From an uncultured Methanosarcinales archaeon (GTDB taxonomy: Archaea > Nanobdellota > Nanobdellia > Woesearchaeales > CAYZNE01): 64,000 nucleotides of DNA. The stretch lies in contig CAYONI010000001.1 of assembly GCA_964405295.1 (NCBI GenBank), forward strand, positions 179,608-243,607, written 5' to 3'. The notes under the pieces were generated by a model. That model was not told the origin of the DNA and searched no databases. It saw only the letters and a list, made by a program, of their open reading frames with translations. This document shows, piece after piece, positions 28,816 through 39,078 of the stretch. The stretch's first letter is position 1, and each line of letters begins with the position of its first letter. The position numbers and the translations under genes are program-made.

Positions 28816-30234
28816 ATGAATAATCAAGCAATTGAAATTAAGAAAACAGATCTAAATTATAAAGATATATACTCAGGCAACATTCATTCTTGGTTTCCTA
28901 ATCTAAGAAAAGAAAGAACAGAAGAATTTATAGAATTCATTAATGGAATTGTTGCAATTAGAAAAAAATTATATGAAACAAAAAAACCAATATGCTTGAT
29001 TGATCCATTATCAACTTATGCAAGCGCATTACTTTTTACTAAAGCAGATATTGATACAAAACAATTGTTTTATTTTAATATATACGAAGGACAAAGAGAA
29101 AAAGACAAGACTTCAACTACCTTAGTAGACAAAATAAGAAACTCTTTCATAAGAACAATAAAAAACGACCCACTTGATATTGAACAAAGAATTGATTCAT
29201 TTTATTCAAGTATTACATCATTCTCAAAATTAGAATTAGAAAAATTAGAAGATAACACAAGAATAGAAATAACATATAAGAACAAAATTGTTATTTATCC
29301 TCAATTAGAACAAACCATTAAAATTAATCCAACAAGCAAATTTTCTAAATTTAGAGAAGAAAAGGTTGTCGGAAATAAAAATGCAATTAATTCTATAATG
29401 ACACTGATGAATATACTTAGCTTTTATAATATTGAGAAAAAGGAGAATGCGTTTTTAGATATAATCCCTTTTTCTAAAATAATAACTTTGCTTGGCGCAG
29501 CAGGAACAGGCAAAACTATGATAACCACAAAAGCTATTGATTATCTTGCAAATAAATGTGCAGGATTGAATAAACCCTTTATATTTTTACCAGTAAATGC
29601 AGACACAAAAAGTGAATATAAAAGTTTATCAGAAAGACAATTAAAGAGAACATTTGATATCGCATATAAAGGAGATGCTATAAACATAATCTTAATTGAA
29701 GAAGTTGATACAAAAATATTCTCAAGAAATAATATTGACAATAAAAATTCTGCTGAACAATCATTTACAGGTGCGTTTCTAGAAGCAATCGAAGGAACAG
29801 ATAAATATCTTGGAAACTTCGGGATTATTATAACCTCAAATAGGCGTACAAATCCCGACAAAGGCATTAAAAGAAGATTTATGGAGAATGTTGTATATGC
29901 AACAGGCCTAGAAAAAATAAAGGATCATATAACTGTTTTCAAAAATAAATTAAAAAAAGGAATTGAAAACAATTATGTACAAATTAAGCATTGGAAACAA
30001 ATTGGTGAACAATCAAAATATAACAAGTTTCAAGGTGGAGACATAAAAAATATTTGTTTAAGAATTAATAAAGGCATAATTTCAAAACTTAACTTTGATA
30101 AAATTCACAACAACCCGATAAAAATACTTGAGCAATTAGCAATAATTAAAGATAAAGATATTCTTTATGAAATAAAACAATATAAAGCAGATTCTTTAAA
30201 ATTCTCAAAAGATTTTCTTAATGAGGCAAAATGA
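28816..30234 (+). CDS. AAA+ ATPase with uncharacterised N-terminal region
   Basis: Walker A GAAGTGKT, Walker B ILIEEVD, sensor TSN, arginine finger RRF. Confidence 0.88.
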   Translation: MNNQAIEIKKTDLNYKDIYSGNIHSWFPNLRKERTEEFIEFINGIVAIRKKLYETKKPICLIDPLSTYASALLFTKADIDTKQLFYFNIYEGQREKDKTSTTLVDKIRNSFIRTIKNDPLDIEQRIDSFYSSITSFSKLELEKLEDNTRIEITYKNKIVIYPQLEQTIKINPTSKFSKFREEKVVGNKNAINSIMTLMNILSFYNIEKKENAFLDIIPFSKIITLLGAAGTGKTMITTKAIDYLANKCAGLNKPFIFLPVNADTKSEYKSLSERQLKRTFDIAYKGDAINIILIEEVDTKIFSRNNIDNKNSAEQSFTGAFLEAIEGTDKYLGNFGIIITSNRRTNPDKGIKRRFMENVVYATGLEKIKDHITVFKNKLKKGIENNYVQIKHWKQIGEQSKYNKFQGGDIKNICLRINKGIISKLNFDKIHNNPIKILEQLAIIKDKDILYEIKQYKADSLKFSKDFLNEAK

Positions 30235-31119
30235 ATGGAAAGTATTGATGACTTAATAATGAATGAATGGACAAGCAAGTATATGAACGACAAAAAAAGT
30301 ATGGCTAAAAGATTTAGGACATTCAATAAAACATATTTTGAGAATAAAATTTTAAAAAATACAGAGAACACTGAGAATACTGAGAAAGATAAATCTAAAA
30401 TGCCAAATAAAATATTAGCTAGAATATATGAACTACATAATTTTACAAAAAACCTAGAGCAAATTGACTTAACCTCTGATGATAAAATAAAAGCCAAAGA
30501 GCTTGATGAATTAATTTTTTATGTTAATAATAATTATAATAATGCATTTAACAAATACGCAGAGGAACAAAAAGATTTATCCATGATTAACCTCAAAGAC
30601 ATCAAAAAAGAACACATATTAAAACTACATAAGAACTTTTACAAAAATCACACCCTTAGTAAAATTAATTTTCTTATAACAGATATGAATTCTACAATTG
30701 CATATTTCGAACAAAAAAAGAAATCAAGAAAAAATAGGGAATACAGTTCTGAATTAAAAAAAATAAGAACACAATATGACAATATAAATTTTCTAATTAG
30801 CTGCTTAAAAGATCAAAATGATATTGAGGATGATGAATTAAAACAGATAGCAAATAAAGAAAAATTTATGTCAGAGAATATTGGACAAATCTTAACCCTT
30901 ATTAATAAAGAAGAAAAAATAGAAAAAAGAAATAAAAGATTCTCAGTTGCTGGAAAAACAATAAGCATACTTGCTATAATTGCAGCACTATGGCAAATTG
31001 GAAACTTCTCATATGATAATAGAACCCAAATAAAGGAATATTACAATAATAAGATAAAACCAGAAATATATGAATTAAAGGAAAGAACAATAGATAGAAT
31101 ATTATACAAAGATGAATAG
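30235..31119 (+). CDS. hypothetical helical protein with TM segment near the C-terminus
   Basis: 294 aa; ISILAIIAALWQIG; abuts the ATPase stop codon. Confidence 0.72.
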   Translation: MESIDDLIMNEWTSKYMNDKKSMAKRFRTFNKTYFENKILKNTENTENTEKDKSKMPNKILARIYELHNFTKNLEQIDLTSDDKIKAKELDELIFYVNNNYNNAFNKYAEEQKDLSMINLKDIKKEHILKLHKNFYKNHTLSKINFLITDMNSTIAYFEQKKKSRKNREYSSELKKIRTQYDNINFLISCLKDQNDIEDDELKQIANKEKFMSENIGQILTLINKEEKIEKRNKRFSVAGKTISILAIIAALWQIGNFSYDNRTQIKEYYNNKIKPEIYELKERTIDRILYKDE

Positions 31120-32193
31120 CTATTTCTTACTAAAAACAGACCTATTAAATTGATAACTTTTGGTAAGATTTTTCTTTTTAGCAACACCATAATATGCTGC
31201 AATCATTAAACCTATTGCTGCAGTAATTGAATCTCTTACCCTTGTCAATAATCCAACACCAAAACCTATTGCAGAGTTAAGACCAATCGTATTAAATAAT
31301 GCAACTTGTCCTCCTTCAAGTGTTCCCATTGCAAATGGAACAGGTATCAGATATGACGCACCAACAACCGAGAATGTTAAAAATATCTGAAGCATGTTTG
31401 CATCAAACCCGAATATAAGCATTGCAAGTTTAAACTCTGCAAACATCAGTCCCCAGGCAATAGCCATAACAAATAATGCTGAAAAAAAATGCCTTTTGTC
31501 TTTCTTATAAAATTTAGTTATTAATTTCTCGATATCAATTAACTTTTTAGTTACATTCCCGAATTTTTTTAACTTGTGTAATCTAAAAAACTTATAGATA
31601 GTCATAATAAACCCTTTTTCGTTTATTATTTGATATATACCAAAACCTATTAACCCGAGAAATATTATTGAGACTACAACAATAAGAAATTTTAAGTTAT
31701 CTGGAAGAGCATAATTCAAAACCAAAATAACTGCTCCTACAACAAAAAATAATGCTGAACCACTAAGCTCAAGACTTTTATCAATTATAATTGTTGATAA
31801 AGATTCATGAGTTTTAAGACCATAACGTTTAAGCAATGCTGCTCTTACAGGCTCTCCACCAAGTTTTGCACTAGGAGTAATATAACTAACCCCATACCCT
31901 GCGAGATAAGATTTTACTAAATAAATAAATTTTATCTTATGTTTTTGCGACAAGAGAATTAAGTTCCATCTAAAAACTGAACAAAGGATTATAAATACAG
32001 AAAGTACAAAGTACAGTATAAGATACCAAATATTTGCATTCTTAAGAATATCAAAAAAATCCTGTAAATTAATATTCTTAAATACTAACCAGAAAAGGAT
32101 TACACCAACAAGTATTGGAATACTTATTTGAAATGCTAATTTAAGTTTTTTATTTAGCGGTTTCTTTTTCATCTTAAATATTATAGAAGCCAT
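31120..32193 (-). CDS. flippase-like / lysylphosphatidylglycerol synthase TM domain protein (UPF0104)
   Basis: RW, ITPSAKLGGEPVRA, IPVP..GTLE. Confidence 0.88.
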   Translation of the reverse strand: MASIIFKMKKKPLNKKLKLAFQISIPILVGVILFWLVFKNINLQDFFDILKNANIWYLILYFVLSVFIILCSVFRWNLILLSQKHKIKFIYLVKSYLAGYGVSYITPSAKLGGEPVRAALLKRYGLKTHESLSTIIIDKSLELSGSALFFVVGAVILVLNYALPDNLKFLIVVVSIIFLGLIGFGIYQIINEKGFIMTIYKFFRLHKLKKFGNVTKKLIDIEKLITKFYKKDKRHFFSALFVMAIAWGLMFAEFKLAMLIFGFDANMLQIFLTFSVVGASYLIPVPFAMGTLEGGQVALFNTIGLNSAIGFGVGLLTRVRDSITAAIGLMIAAYYGVAKKKNLTKSYQFNRSVFSKK

Positions 32194-32212
32194 CTATTTT
32201 GGTTTATAAAGT

Positions 32213-32860
32213 TTATTGAGAATTTGCATTTACTCCAAGATACAAATTTCGTATAGTGTCATTAGCTACAACATGCGCATATTTATTATGTTGTATCCAT
32301 GCTTTTGTTTTCTTATACCATTGCAATAAAGAAGAAGTTTTTCTATGTTTCCAATTAAAAAAGTCTCTGTTAGTTTTATTATTACCTGCAATAAACTGTG
32401 TTCTTTCATCATCATTCCACACCATAAAAAATGGAACCCTACCTTGTGATAAATAATCAATTATTTTTTTAACATCATCAACATGGCTATCTTTCTTAAA
32501 AAGTCCATATTCTTTGGTAAACGCCTTTTTAGGAATTGAAATCACCAAAGTTCTTAATGGCTTAAAACCCAAAAGATTACCTTCATTAGTATATGCCTCC
32601 TGATCAGCTGTAGGACAATAATTAGAAGAAGTAACTAAAGCTAAATTCTTAGATTCTTTTGCCTCAAAAACCCCTTTACCACCCAAACCTTCTTTATAAC
32701 TAATAGGTGACTCTTTCTTTTTTAGAAAATTAATAGTTTCGTCTATTGATTCCCCACGATACTTTCCTCTAGTTGAATGAGTTGTCCTAATATGATCAGG
32801 GTGAAAATAGTTCTTATAAGAATTAAGTGACTTTGGAAAATATATATGTATTTCATGCAT
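32213..32860 (-). CDS. hypothetical protein (possible ADP-ribosyltransferase-like fold)
   Basis: ORF with upstream GAGG; weak HST / GKGVF pattern. Confidence 0.65.
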   Translation of the reverse strand: MHEIHIYFPKSLNSYKNYFHPDHIRTTHSTRGKYRGESIDETINFLKKKESPISYKEGLGGKGVFEAKESKNLALVTSSNYCPTADQEAYTNEGNLLGFKPLRTLVISIPKKAFTKEYGLFKKDSHVDDVKKIIDYLSQGRVPFFMVWNDDERTQFIAGNNKTNRDFFNWKHRKTSSLLQWYKKTKAWIQHNKYAHVVANDTIRNLYLGVNANSQ

Positions 32861-32982
32861 TTTAATCAAACAAAATTATCCTCTACTTATAAAACTTTCC
32901 TAATTAACACCTTTAAAGTAGTAACATACACCCAACCATTAGATTTATAAATAAATCAACTTTCCTTACTCTTAATTAGCTT

Positions 32983-33042
32983 AGGCTAATGCCAATGATT
33001 TGTGATGCTGGAAACAGCGGAATGAGGGACGTATTCTAGTCT
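32983..33042 (+). promoter_or_regulatory. K-turn-containing 5' UTR of the L7Ae gene
   Basis: UGA-UGCUG-GAAA-CAGCG-GAAU-GA core closed by AGGCUA/UAGUCU; TATA at 32944-32951. Confidence 0.6.
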
Positions 33043-33067
33043 CAAATTAACAAGATAAGGTGAAAAA

Positions 33068-33376
33068 ATGGAAGAAGCATATGAAGCTATTGAATTAGCA
33101 AAAAAATCAGGAAAAATTTGTAAAGGTGCTAACGAAGTAACTAAAGCACTAGAAAAAGGAAAAGCAAAATTAGTAGTCTATGCAAAAGACGTTTCTCCAG
33201 CAGAAATTGTAATGCACCTACCAATACTTGCAAAAGAAAAAAAGGTAATTTGTATTGAAGTAAGTAGCAAACAAGAATTAGGAGCATCAGCAGGATTACC
33301 CTTAGGAACAACTGCCGTTGCAATTACCGAAGAAGGAGACGCAAAAGATATGATAAAAATATTATCTACAAAATAG
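33068..33376 (+). CDS. rpl7ae: ribosomal / RNP protein L7Ae
   Basis: KGANEVTKALE, DVSP, ELGASAG. Confidence 0.96.
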   Translation: MEEAYEAIELAKKSGKICKGANEVTKALEKGKAKLVVYAKDVSPAEIVMHLPILAKEKKVICIEVSSKQELGASAGLPLGTTAVAITEEGDAKDMIKILSTK

Positions 33377-33385
33377 GTGACATAA

Positions 33386-33673
33386 ATGGCAGATAAATCA
33401 CAACAAATGTCTAAACGACCCGCAAAAGACGATAAAAAAACAGGAGTTCATTTCTCTCACGCAGTTCCAGCAATAGTAGAAGAAGTAATGGGAAGAACTG
33501 GAACAAGAGGAGAAGCAATTCAGGTTAGATGTAAAATTCTCGAAGGCAGAGATTCAAACAAAGTTATTAGAAGAAATGTTCGAGGACCAATTCAAAAAGG
33601 TGACACTTTAATGCTTAGAGAAACTGAAATTGAAGCAAGAGCATTAAACAAAGCAGGAAGAGGTCATAATTAA
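33386..33673 (+). CDS. rps28e: 30S ribosomal protein S28e
   Basis: [24 protein letters not shown]. Confidence 0.96.
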   Translation: MADKSQQMSKRPAKDDKKTGVHFSHAVPAIVEEVMGRTGTRGEAIQVRCKILEGRDSNKVIRRNVRGPIQKGDTLMLRETEIEARALNKAGRGHN

Positions 33674-33674
33674 A

Positions 33675-33881
33675 ATGGTTAAATGCAGTTTTTGCGGAAA
33701 ACAAATCACAAAAGGCACTGGTGAAATGTACATTAAAGCAGATGGAAAAATATTCTATTTTTGTTCTAACAAATGTGAAAAAAACCAGATTTCCCTAAAA
33801 AGAAAAGGTAGAAACCTAAAATGGACTGAAACTTTTGCAGCTGAGAAAAAGAAAAAACAAAGTTCAGCTAAAAAGAAATAA
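33675..33881 (+). CDS. rpl24e: 50S ribosomal protein L24e
   Basis: CSFCG, FCSNKC, KWT. Confidence 0.96.
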   Translation: MVKCSFCGKQITKGTGEMYIKADGKIFYFCSNKCEKNQISLKRKGRNLKWTETFAAEKKKKQSSAKKK

Positions 33882-33972
33882 ATCTTTTTTTTATTCAGTT
33901 TTTCGGTGCTAATAATTTTTTACAAAATTATTGAGCACTTATTAATTTTAATAGATAAGAGGGTGTAAAAAT

Positions 33973-34557
33973 ATGATTGAGAGAACGTTAGTATTACTAA
34001 AACCAGACGCAGTTCAAAGGTCTCTTATTGGGGAGATAATAACTAGATTTGAACGTTCAGGTATGAAAATAGTTGCTAGTAAGATGACTATTGCTAATAA
34101 GAATATGGCTAGTGACCATTATATTGCTGATGAAGAATATCTTTTAGGAGTAGGTAATAAAGCTAAATCCACTGCGGAGAAAAGAGGAGAACCTGTTACT
34201 GAAACTGCTTTAGAGATTGGTACTAAAATTAGAAATATGAATATGGATTACCTAACTATGAGCCCAGTTTTTGCTATAATTTTAGAAGGCCATGATGCAA
34301 TTGCTCATGTAAGAAAACTTGTTGGTAATACTGAACCGAAGCAAGCTTTCCCTGGGACAATTAGAGGAGACTATTCTTTTGATACATATAAATTAGGTGA
34401 TGTTTCAAAAAGACCAACACAAAATCTTATTCATGCTTCAGATTCAGTTGAAGCTGCTGAAAGGGAAATAAGTGTTTGGTTTAAACCGGAAGAAATTCAT
34501 TCTTGGAAAAAAATTGATGAAGCAATTCTCTACAGAGGATTAAACGATAAAAAATAA
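33973..34557 (+). CDS. ndk: nucleoside diphosphate kinase
   Basis: ERTLVLLKPDA, PGTIRGD, NLIHASDS. Confidence 0.96.
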   Translation: MIERTLVLLKPDAVQRSLIGEIITRFERSGMKIVASKMTIANKNMASDHYIADEEYLLGVGNKAKSTAEKRGEPVTETALEIGTKIRNMNMDYLTMSPVFAIILEGHDAIAHVRKLVGNTEPKQAFPGTIRGDYSFDTYKLGDVSKRPTQNLIHASDSVEAAEREISVWFKPEEIHSWKKIDEAILYRGLNDKK

Positions 34558-34582
34558 TAATTAAATATAAGGTGATATAAAA

Positions 34583-36748
34583 ATGGCAAAAATGGTTGAT
34601 CGTGTAACAGAACAGATGAAACATCCTAAGAATATTAGGAATATTGCAATCTGCGCTCATATTGATCACGGAAAAACAACATTTTCAGATAATCTACTTG
34701 CAGGTGCAGGAATGATGTCTGAAGATCTAGCAGGGAAAGCTTGCGCTTTAGATTTTCATGATGATGAAGCAGAAAGAGGAATTACAATTGACAGTGCAGC
34801 AGTATCTATGGTGCACAAAGTTGGTGATACAGACCACTTAATTAACTTAATTGACACTCCAGGGCACGTTGACTTTGGTGGAGACGTTACTAGAGCAATG
34901 AGGGCAGTTGATGGAGCAATTGTTTTATGCTGTGCATCTGAAGGAATTATGCCTCAGACAGAAACAGTTCTAAGACAAGCATTGAGAGAAAGAGTTAAAC
35001 CGATTCTATTTATTAACAAAGTTGATAGATTAATCAAAGAATTAAAATTAACTCCCGAAGCAATGCAAGAAAGATTTGTAAAAATTATTGCAAGTGTTAA
35101 TCAATTAATAATGGACATTGCAGAAGATGGTTACGGAGAAAAATGGCAAGTTAATGTTATGGATGGATCAGTTTGTTTTGGTTCAGCATTCCACAATTGG
35201 GGATTAAGCGTTGGGTATATGCAGAAAAAAAATATTACTTTCAAAGAAATAATTGAAGCCTATGAAAATGATACATGGAAAGAACTTGGGAAAAAAGCTC
35301 CAATACACGAAGTCGTATTAGATGCTGTTATAAGACACCTTCCAAGTCCAATAGATGCAACACCGTATAGAATACCAAAACTATGGCATGGAGATATAGA
35401 ATCAGAAATGGGAAAATCTCTATCTAATTCGAATCCAAATGGACCATTGAGTTTTGTAGTTATTAAAGTTGTTATTGATCCACAAGCAGGAGAAATCTGT
35501 ATGGGAAGGCTTTACTCAGGGACTATGAAAAGAGGAGAAACTGCACACTTGAACATTGCAAAGAAAGATGTAAGAATACAACAGGTATATATTTATAATG
35601 GAGCAAAAAAAGAAATCGTTGACAATGTTCCTGCAGGAAATATTATTGGTGTTGGAGGATTAAAAGACGCTTATCCTGGCGAAACGGTTACAATCGGAGT
35701 ACAAGAACCTTTTGAAAAAATAACTCACATCTTTGAGCCAGTTATCACTAAAGCTATTGAAGCAAAGAAACCAAGTGATTTGCCTAAACTAATTGAAGTT
35801 TTAATCCAAGTTTCAAAAGAAGATCCAAGTATACACATTGAGATTAATCAGGAAACTGGTGAACACCTAATGAGTGGTATGGGAGAACTTCACCTAGAAA
35901 TTATTGAAGAGAGAATCAAAAAAGACAAGGGTGTTGAAATTCAAACTTCTCCTCCAATAGTTACTTATAGAGAAGCAATAATGAAAGAAACACCTTCACC
36001 AGTTGAAGGAAAATCTCCTAACAAACACAATAAGTTCTATTTCAAAGTTCAACCAATGCCTGAAGAATTGAGAACTGCAATCAAAAGCGGCCTAATTCAT
36101 GAAGGAAGAATCAAGAAAAAGGATCCAGCTATGTGGGAGGCACTTACTGATGCTGATATGGACGCAAAAACAACTAGAAAAGTTAGAGACATCTTTAATG
36201 GAAACATGTTGATTGATGGAACCAGAGGGATTGTTCATATTGGAGAAATTATTGAAATGGTTATGGATATGTTTGAAGATGTAATGAAAGCAGGACCTCT
36301 TGCAAGAGAACCTTGCGTTAATGTAATGGTTACATTGGACGATGTAAAACTTCACGAAGATGCAATCCATAGAGGCCCGGCACAGGTTTATCCTGCTGTT
36401 AGAGAAGGTATCAGAGGAGCAATGGATCAATCAAGACCATTACTATTTGAGCCCCTGCAAACTCTTCGATTTGAAGCACCTGTAGAATACATGGGAGAAA
36501 TCTCTAAGTTAATTTCTAACAAGAGAGGACAACTTTTAGATATGCAACAAGAAGGAGTAAGTGTAACTGTTATTGGTAAAATGCCTGTAGGAGAAATGTT
36601 TGGTTTAGCTTCAGAACTTCGAAGTGCAACTGGTGGAAGAGGATCTTCATCTCTAGTTGATCAGGCATTTGAAAAACTTCCAGAAGAATTACAAACTAAA
36701 ATTGTTGGACAAATCAGATCAAGAAAAGGTCTAAATGTAAAAGAGTAA
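34583..36748 (+). CDS. fusA: elongation factor aEF-2
   Basis: AHIDHGKTT, DTPGHVDF, NKVD, diphthamide loop HEDAIHRG. Confidence 0.98.
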   Translation: MAKMVDRVTEQMKHPKNIRNIAICAHIDHGKTTFSDNLLAGAGMMSEDLAGKACALDFHDDEAERGITIDSAAVSMVHKVGDTDHLINLIDTPGHVDFGGDVTRAMRAVDGAIVLCCASEGIMPQTETVLRQALRERVKPILFINKVDRLIKELKLTPEAMQERFVKIIASVNQLIMDIAEDGYGEKWQVNVMDGSVCFGSAFHNWGLSVGYMQKKNITFKEIIEAYENDTWKELGKKAPIHEVVLDAVIRHLPSPIDATPYRIPKLWHGDIESEMGKSLSNSNPNGPLSFVVIKVVIDPQAGEICMGRLYSGTMKRGETAHLNIAKKDVRIQQVYIYNGAKKEIVDNVPAGNIIGVGGLKDAYPGETVTIGVQEPFEKITHIFEPVITKAIEAKKPSDLPKLIEVLIQVSKEDPSIHIEINQETGEHLMSGMGELHLEIIEERIKKDKGVEIQTSPPIVTYREAIMKETPSPVEGKSPNKHNKFYFKVQPMPEELRTAIKSGLIHEGRIKKKDPAMWEALTDADMDAKTTRKVRDIFNGNMLIDGTRGIVHIGEIIEMVMDMFEDVMKAGPLAREPCVNVMVTLDDVKLHEDAIHRGPAQVYPAVREGIRGAMDQSRPLLFEPLQTLRFEAPVEYMGEISKLISNKRGQLLDMQQEGVSVTVIGKMPVGEMFGLASELRSATGGRGSSSLVDQAFEKLPEELQTKIVGQIRSRKGLNVKE

Positions 36749-36808
36749 TTATTCTTTTTCTTTTTTTATTATTTATAATTATGTTCAAGCACTAATAAAC
36801 CTTAAGAC

Positions 36809-38278
36809 TTACAACTTATCTAATTCTTCTTTTGCAACCTTCAAGAAATCTTCTTCTTTATCAATAGGAATCATTGCGCCTGCTGCATGCTTATGCCCTC
36901 CTGCTTCACCACAACCAAGCTTCTCAATCATTTTAGTCACCATTTCCTGCAGGTCAATATCTTCGTTATTACCAACAACACGCATAGAAATCTTAATTAT
37001 CTTTTCAGGAATATTATGAGCAAAACTAAGAACATAATAATCTTTAGAAAACCTATTATTCATTGTCAAAATAGATGCAACAGTTCCTATTATTGTGTAC
37101 ATGATATTATTTTGTGCATTGATAATCATGTATTTATCTGTTTGAATAATTGCATTAGTATTATATTTTAATTGTTTTTCTATCCAGTTCATTCCATGAA
37201 CAATTTCAATCTTGTAATCTTTATGTATTTGTTTTGCTTCAAGCTTAAATTCTGGCTCATTGAGACAAGCATAAACTCCTGTCTTTGCTTGATCCATTCT
37301 TCCACAAGCGTTTAATATTGTGGAGAACTCCTTTGCATCTTTGAAAGTTCCATTATCCTCGTCAACCAACTCATAGGTTGTTGTAAAAACTTTTTCATAA
37401 TCAGTTAAACCTGCTTGAATTCTTTTTACAATAATGTGTTCTGCAAGCCTACTCTTCTCTTTTTCGGTTAAATCAACAAAAGTTTTTAGATCTTCATTGT
37501 CTTTAACAGGATTAATCTCTAATTGTCTAAGAAAAAAAACTATTGCTTTCTGATCACCAGTTATTCCTGGAATATTAAGGTCAGAACTATACTCAAGAAG
37601 TTTTACAAGCGGTCTTGTTTGTTTTCCAAAAAGGTTTAGTTCTTGTTTTATCTTAATCTTTTTTTGCTGAATCGCAATATCTAGAATAATATTATTTAAG
37701 CCTGTGAAACCACCATTTAATTCCTGCACGTCTCCAACCGCACCAATTAGAGCAATGTGCGCAAAATCATAATTCTTTTGATTTAACAATCCTGCAAAAA
37801 AGAACACTGTTCCACTTCCAGAAATATGCGCAGAACCATCTATCCCAACAAGATGAGGATTAACGTGAACAATATTGGATTCTGCCTCTTCCTGAGGAGT
37901 ATGGTGATCAAAAATTATAATCCTTTTATTTTTTAAATGAGAATTAATACTTTTTAATTGACTAGAACCCAAATCTGTAATAATATAATAAGTGAAATCT
38001 TCCTTTGCAAGTTCTTGACACACCTCATCTGTTAACTGTGAGTAAATAGTTAGATTATATTTTCTATTTTCATTATTTAATGCATTTAACATTCCTGCTG
38101 CAGAAGTTATTCCGTCTGCATCAAGATGACTTATTATTCTAATAGTCTCATTTTCAGGAATTTGCCTAAAGAAAGCTATTGCTTTATCCACCATTTTAAT
38201 GAAATTATTGTATTGCTCTTCAGAAACAGGATTGATACTTTCAAAGTTAATTGAACCGTTATCTCTTAAATTTATCAT
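36809..38278 (-). CDS. RecJ-like DHH-family phosphoesterase
   Basis: HLDADG, TDLG, FDHH, GGHKHAAG. Confidence 0.92.
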   Translation of the reverse strand: MINLRDNGSINFESINPVSEEQYNNFIKMVDKAIAFFRQIPENETIRIISHLDADGITSAAGMLNALNNENRKYNLTIYSQLTDEVCQELAKEDFTYYIITDLGSSQLKSINSHLKNKRIIIFDHHTPQEEAESNIVHVNPHLVGIDGSAHISGSGTVFFFAGLLNQKNYDFAHIALIGAVGDVQELNGGFTGLNNIILDIAIQQKKIKIKQELNLFGKQTRPLVKLLEYSSDLNIPGITGDQKAIVFFLRQLEINPVKDNEDLKTFVDLTEKEKSRLAEHIIVKRIQAGLTDYEKVFTTTYELVDEDNGTFKDAKEFSTILNACGRMDQAKTGVYACLNEPEFKLEAKQIHKDYKIEIVHGMNWIEKQLKYNTNAIIQTDKYMIINAQNNIMYTIIGTVASILTMNNRFSKDYYVLSFAHNIPEKIIKISMRVVGNNEDIDLQEMVTKMIEKLGCGEAGGHKHAAGAMIPIDKEEDFLKVAKEELDKL

Positions 38279-38424
38279 AAATTCTAGTGACAACAAAGGG
38301 TTTATAAATTTGATTATTGAACCATAGAAAGGTATATATAGTATTATGCTTGATGAAAATAAAAGGACTTCTTAGTAAAAAGTCCATTTTAAATAAAAGA
38401 GAGTGTGGGTTATTTATAATTAAA

Positions 38425-39045
38425 ATGAAAGGAAAATTTATATCATTTGAAGGTATTGAAGGCTGTGGAAAATCTACACAATCAAAATTATTAGCAGCAT
38501 ATCTAAAAGAGAATAAATCTCTCAACATAAGATCTACAAGAGAACCTGGGGGACCAAAAATATCTGAGCAAATAAGAAATATTCTTTTATCAATAGAGAA
38601 TGAAGAGATGCTACCTAGAACTGAAGCATTATTGTATGCCGCAGCAAGATCACAACATACTGGTGAGTGGATTATTCCAGAATTAAGAAGGGGAATTTGG
38701 GTTATATCAGACAGATATTTTGATTCTACAACAGCATATCAAGGTGATGCAAGAGGTCTTAGTATAAAATCGCTTGAAATGCTAACAAATTTTGCAACTT
38801 ACAATACTAAACCAGATTTAACAATACTTGTTGATTTACCAGCAGAAATAGGCCTTAGCAGAATAAATCCTGGTGAAGCAGACAGAATTGAAAAAGAAGC
38901 CATAGAATTTCACAGAAAAGTAAGAAAGGGATTTCTTCGGATTGCAAATGAAGAACCAGAAAGAATTTATGTTGTTGATGGAAAACTAGGAATTGAAGAA
39001 ATTCATAAAAAAATTATCAAAGAAGTGAATAGAAGATATTTCTAA
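38425..39045 (+). CDS. tmk: thymidylate kinase
   Basis: EGIEGCGKST, REPGG, DRYFDSTTAYQ; ATG 38425. Confidence 0.95.
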   Translation: MKGKFISFEGIEGCGKSTQSKLLAAYLKENKSLNIRSTREPGGPKISEQIRNILLSIENEEMLPRTEALLYAAARSQHTGEWIIPELRRGIWVISDRYFDSTTAYQGDARGLSIKSLEMLTNFATYNTKPDLTILVDLPAEIGLSRINPGEADRIEKEAIEFHRKVRKGFLRIANEEPERIYVVDGKLGIEEIHKKIIKEVNRRYF

Positions 39046-39078
39046 AACCTTATAAATAATAACTGCATTCTCTAGTCT

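Noticed and set aside
30232-30237. Genome-wide TGA recoding suggested by the in-frame TGA-ATG junction
   Set aside because: Conserved genes (dys, nop5, kae1, rpl35ae) end at TGA at their expected C-termini.
30358-30387. 9-nt tandem repeat (NTENTENTE)
   Set aside because: Three degenerate in-frame copies; ordinary slippage.
36340-36390. Possible loss of the diphthamide site in aEF-2
   Set aside because: HEDAIHRG is intact.
38317-38424. 36-aa N-terminal extension on Tmk
   Set aside because: Runs through promoter-like sequence; homology starts at MKGKFISFEG.
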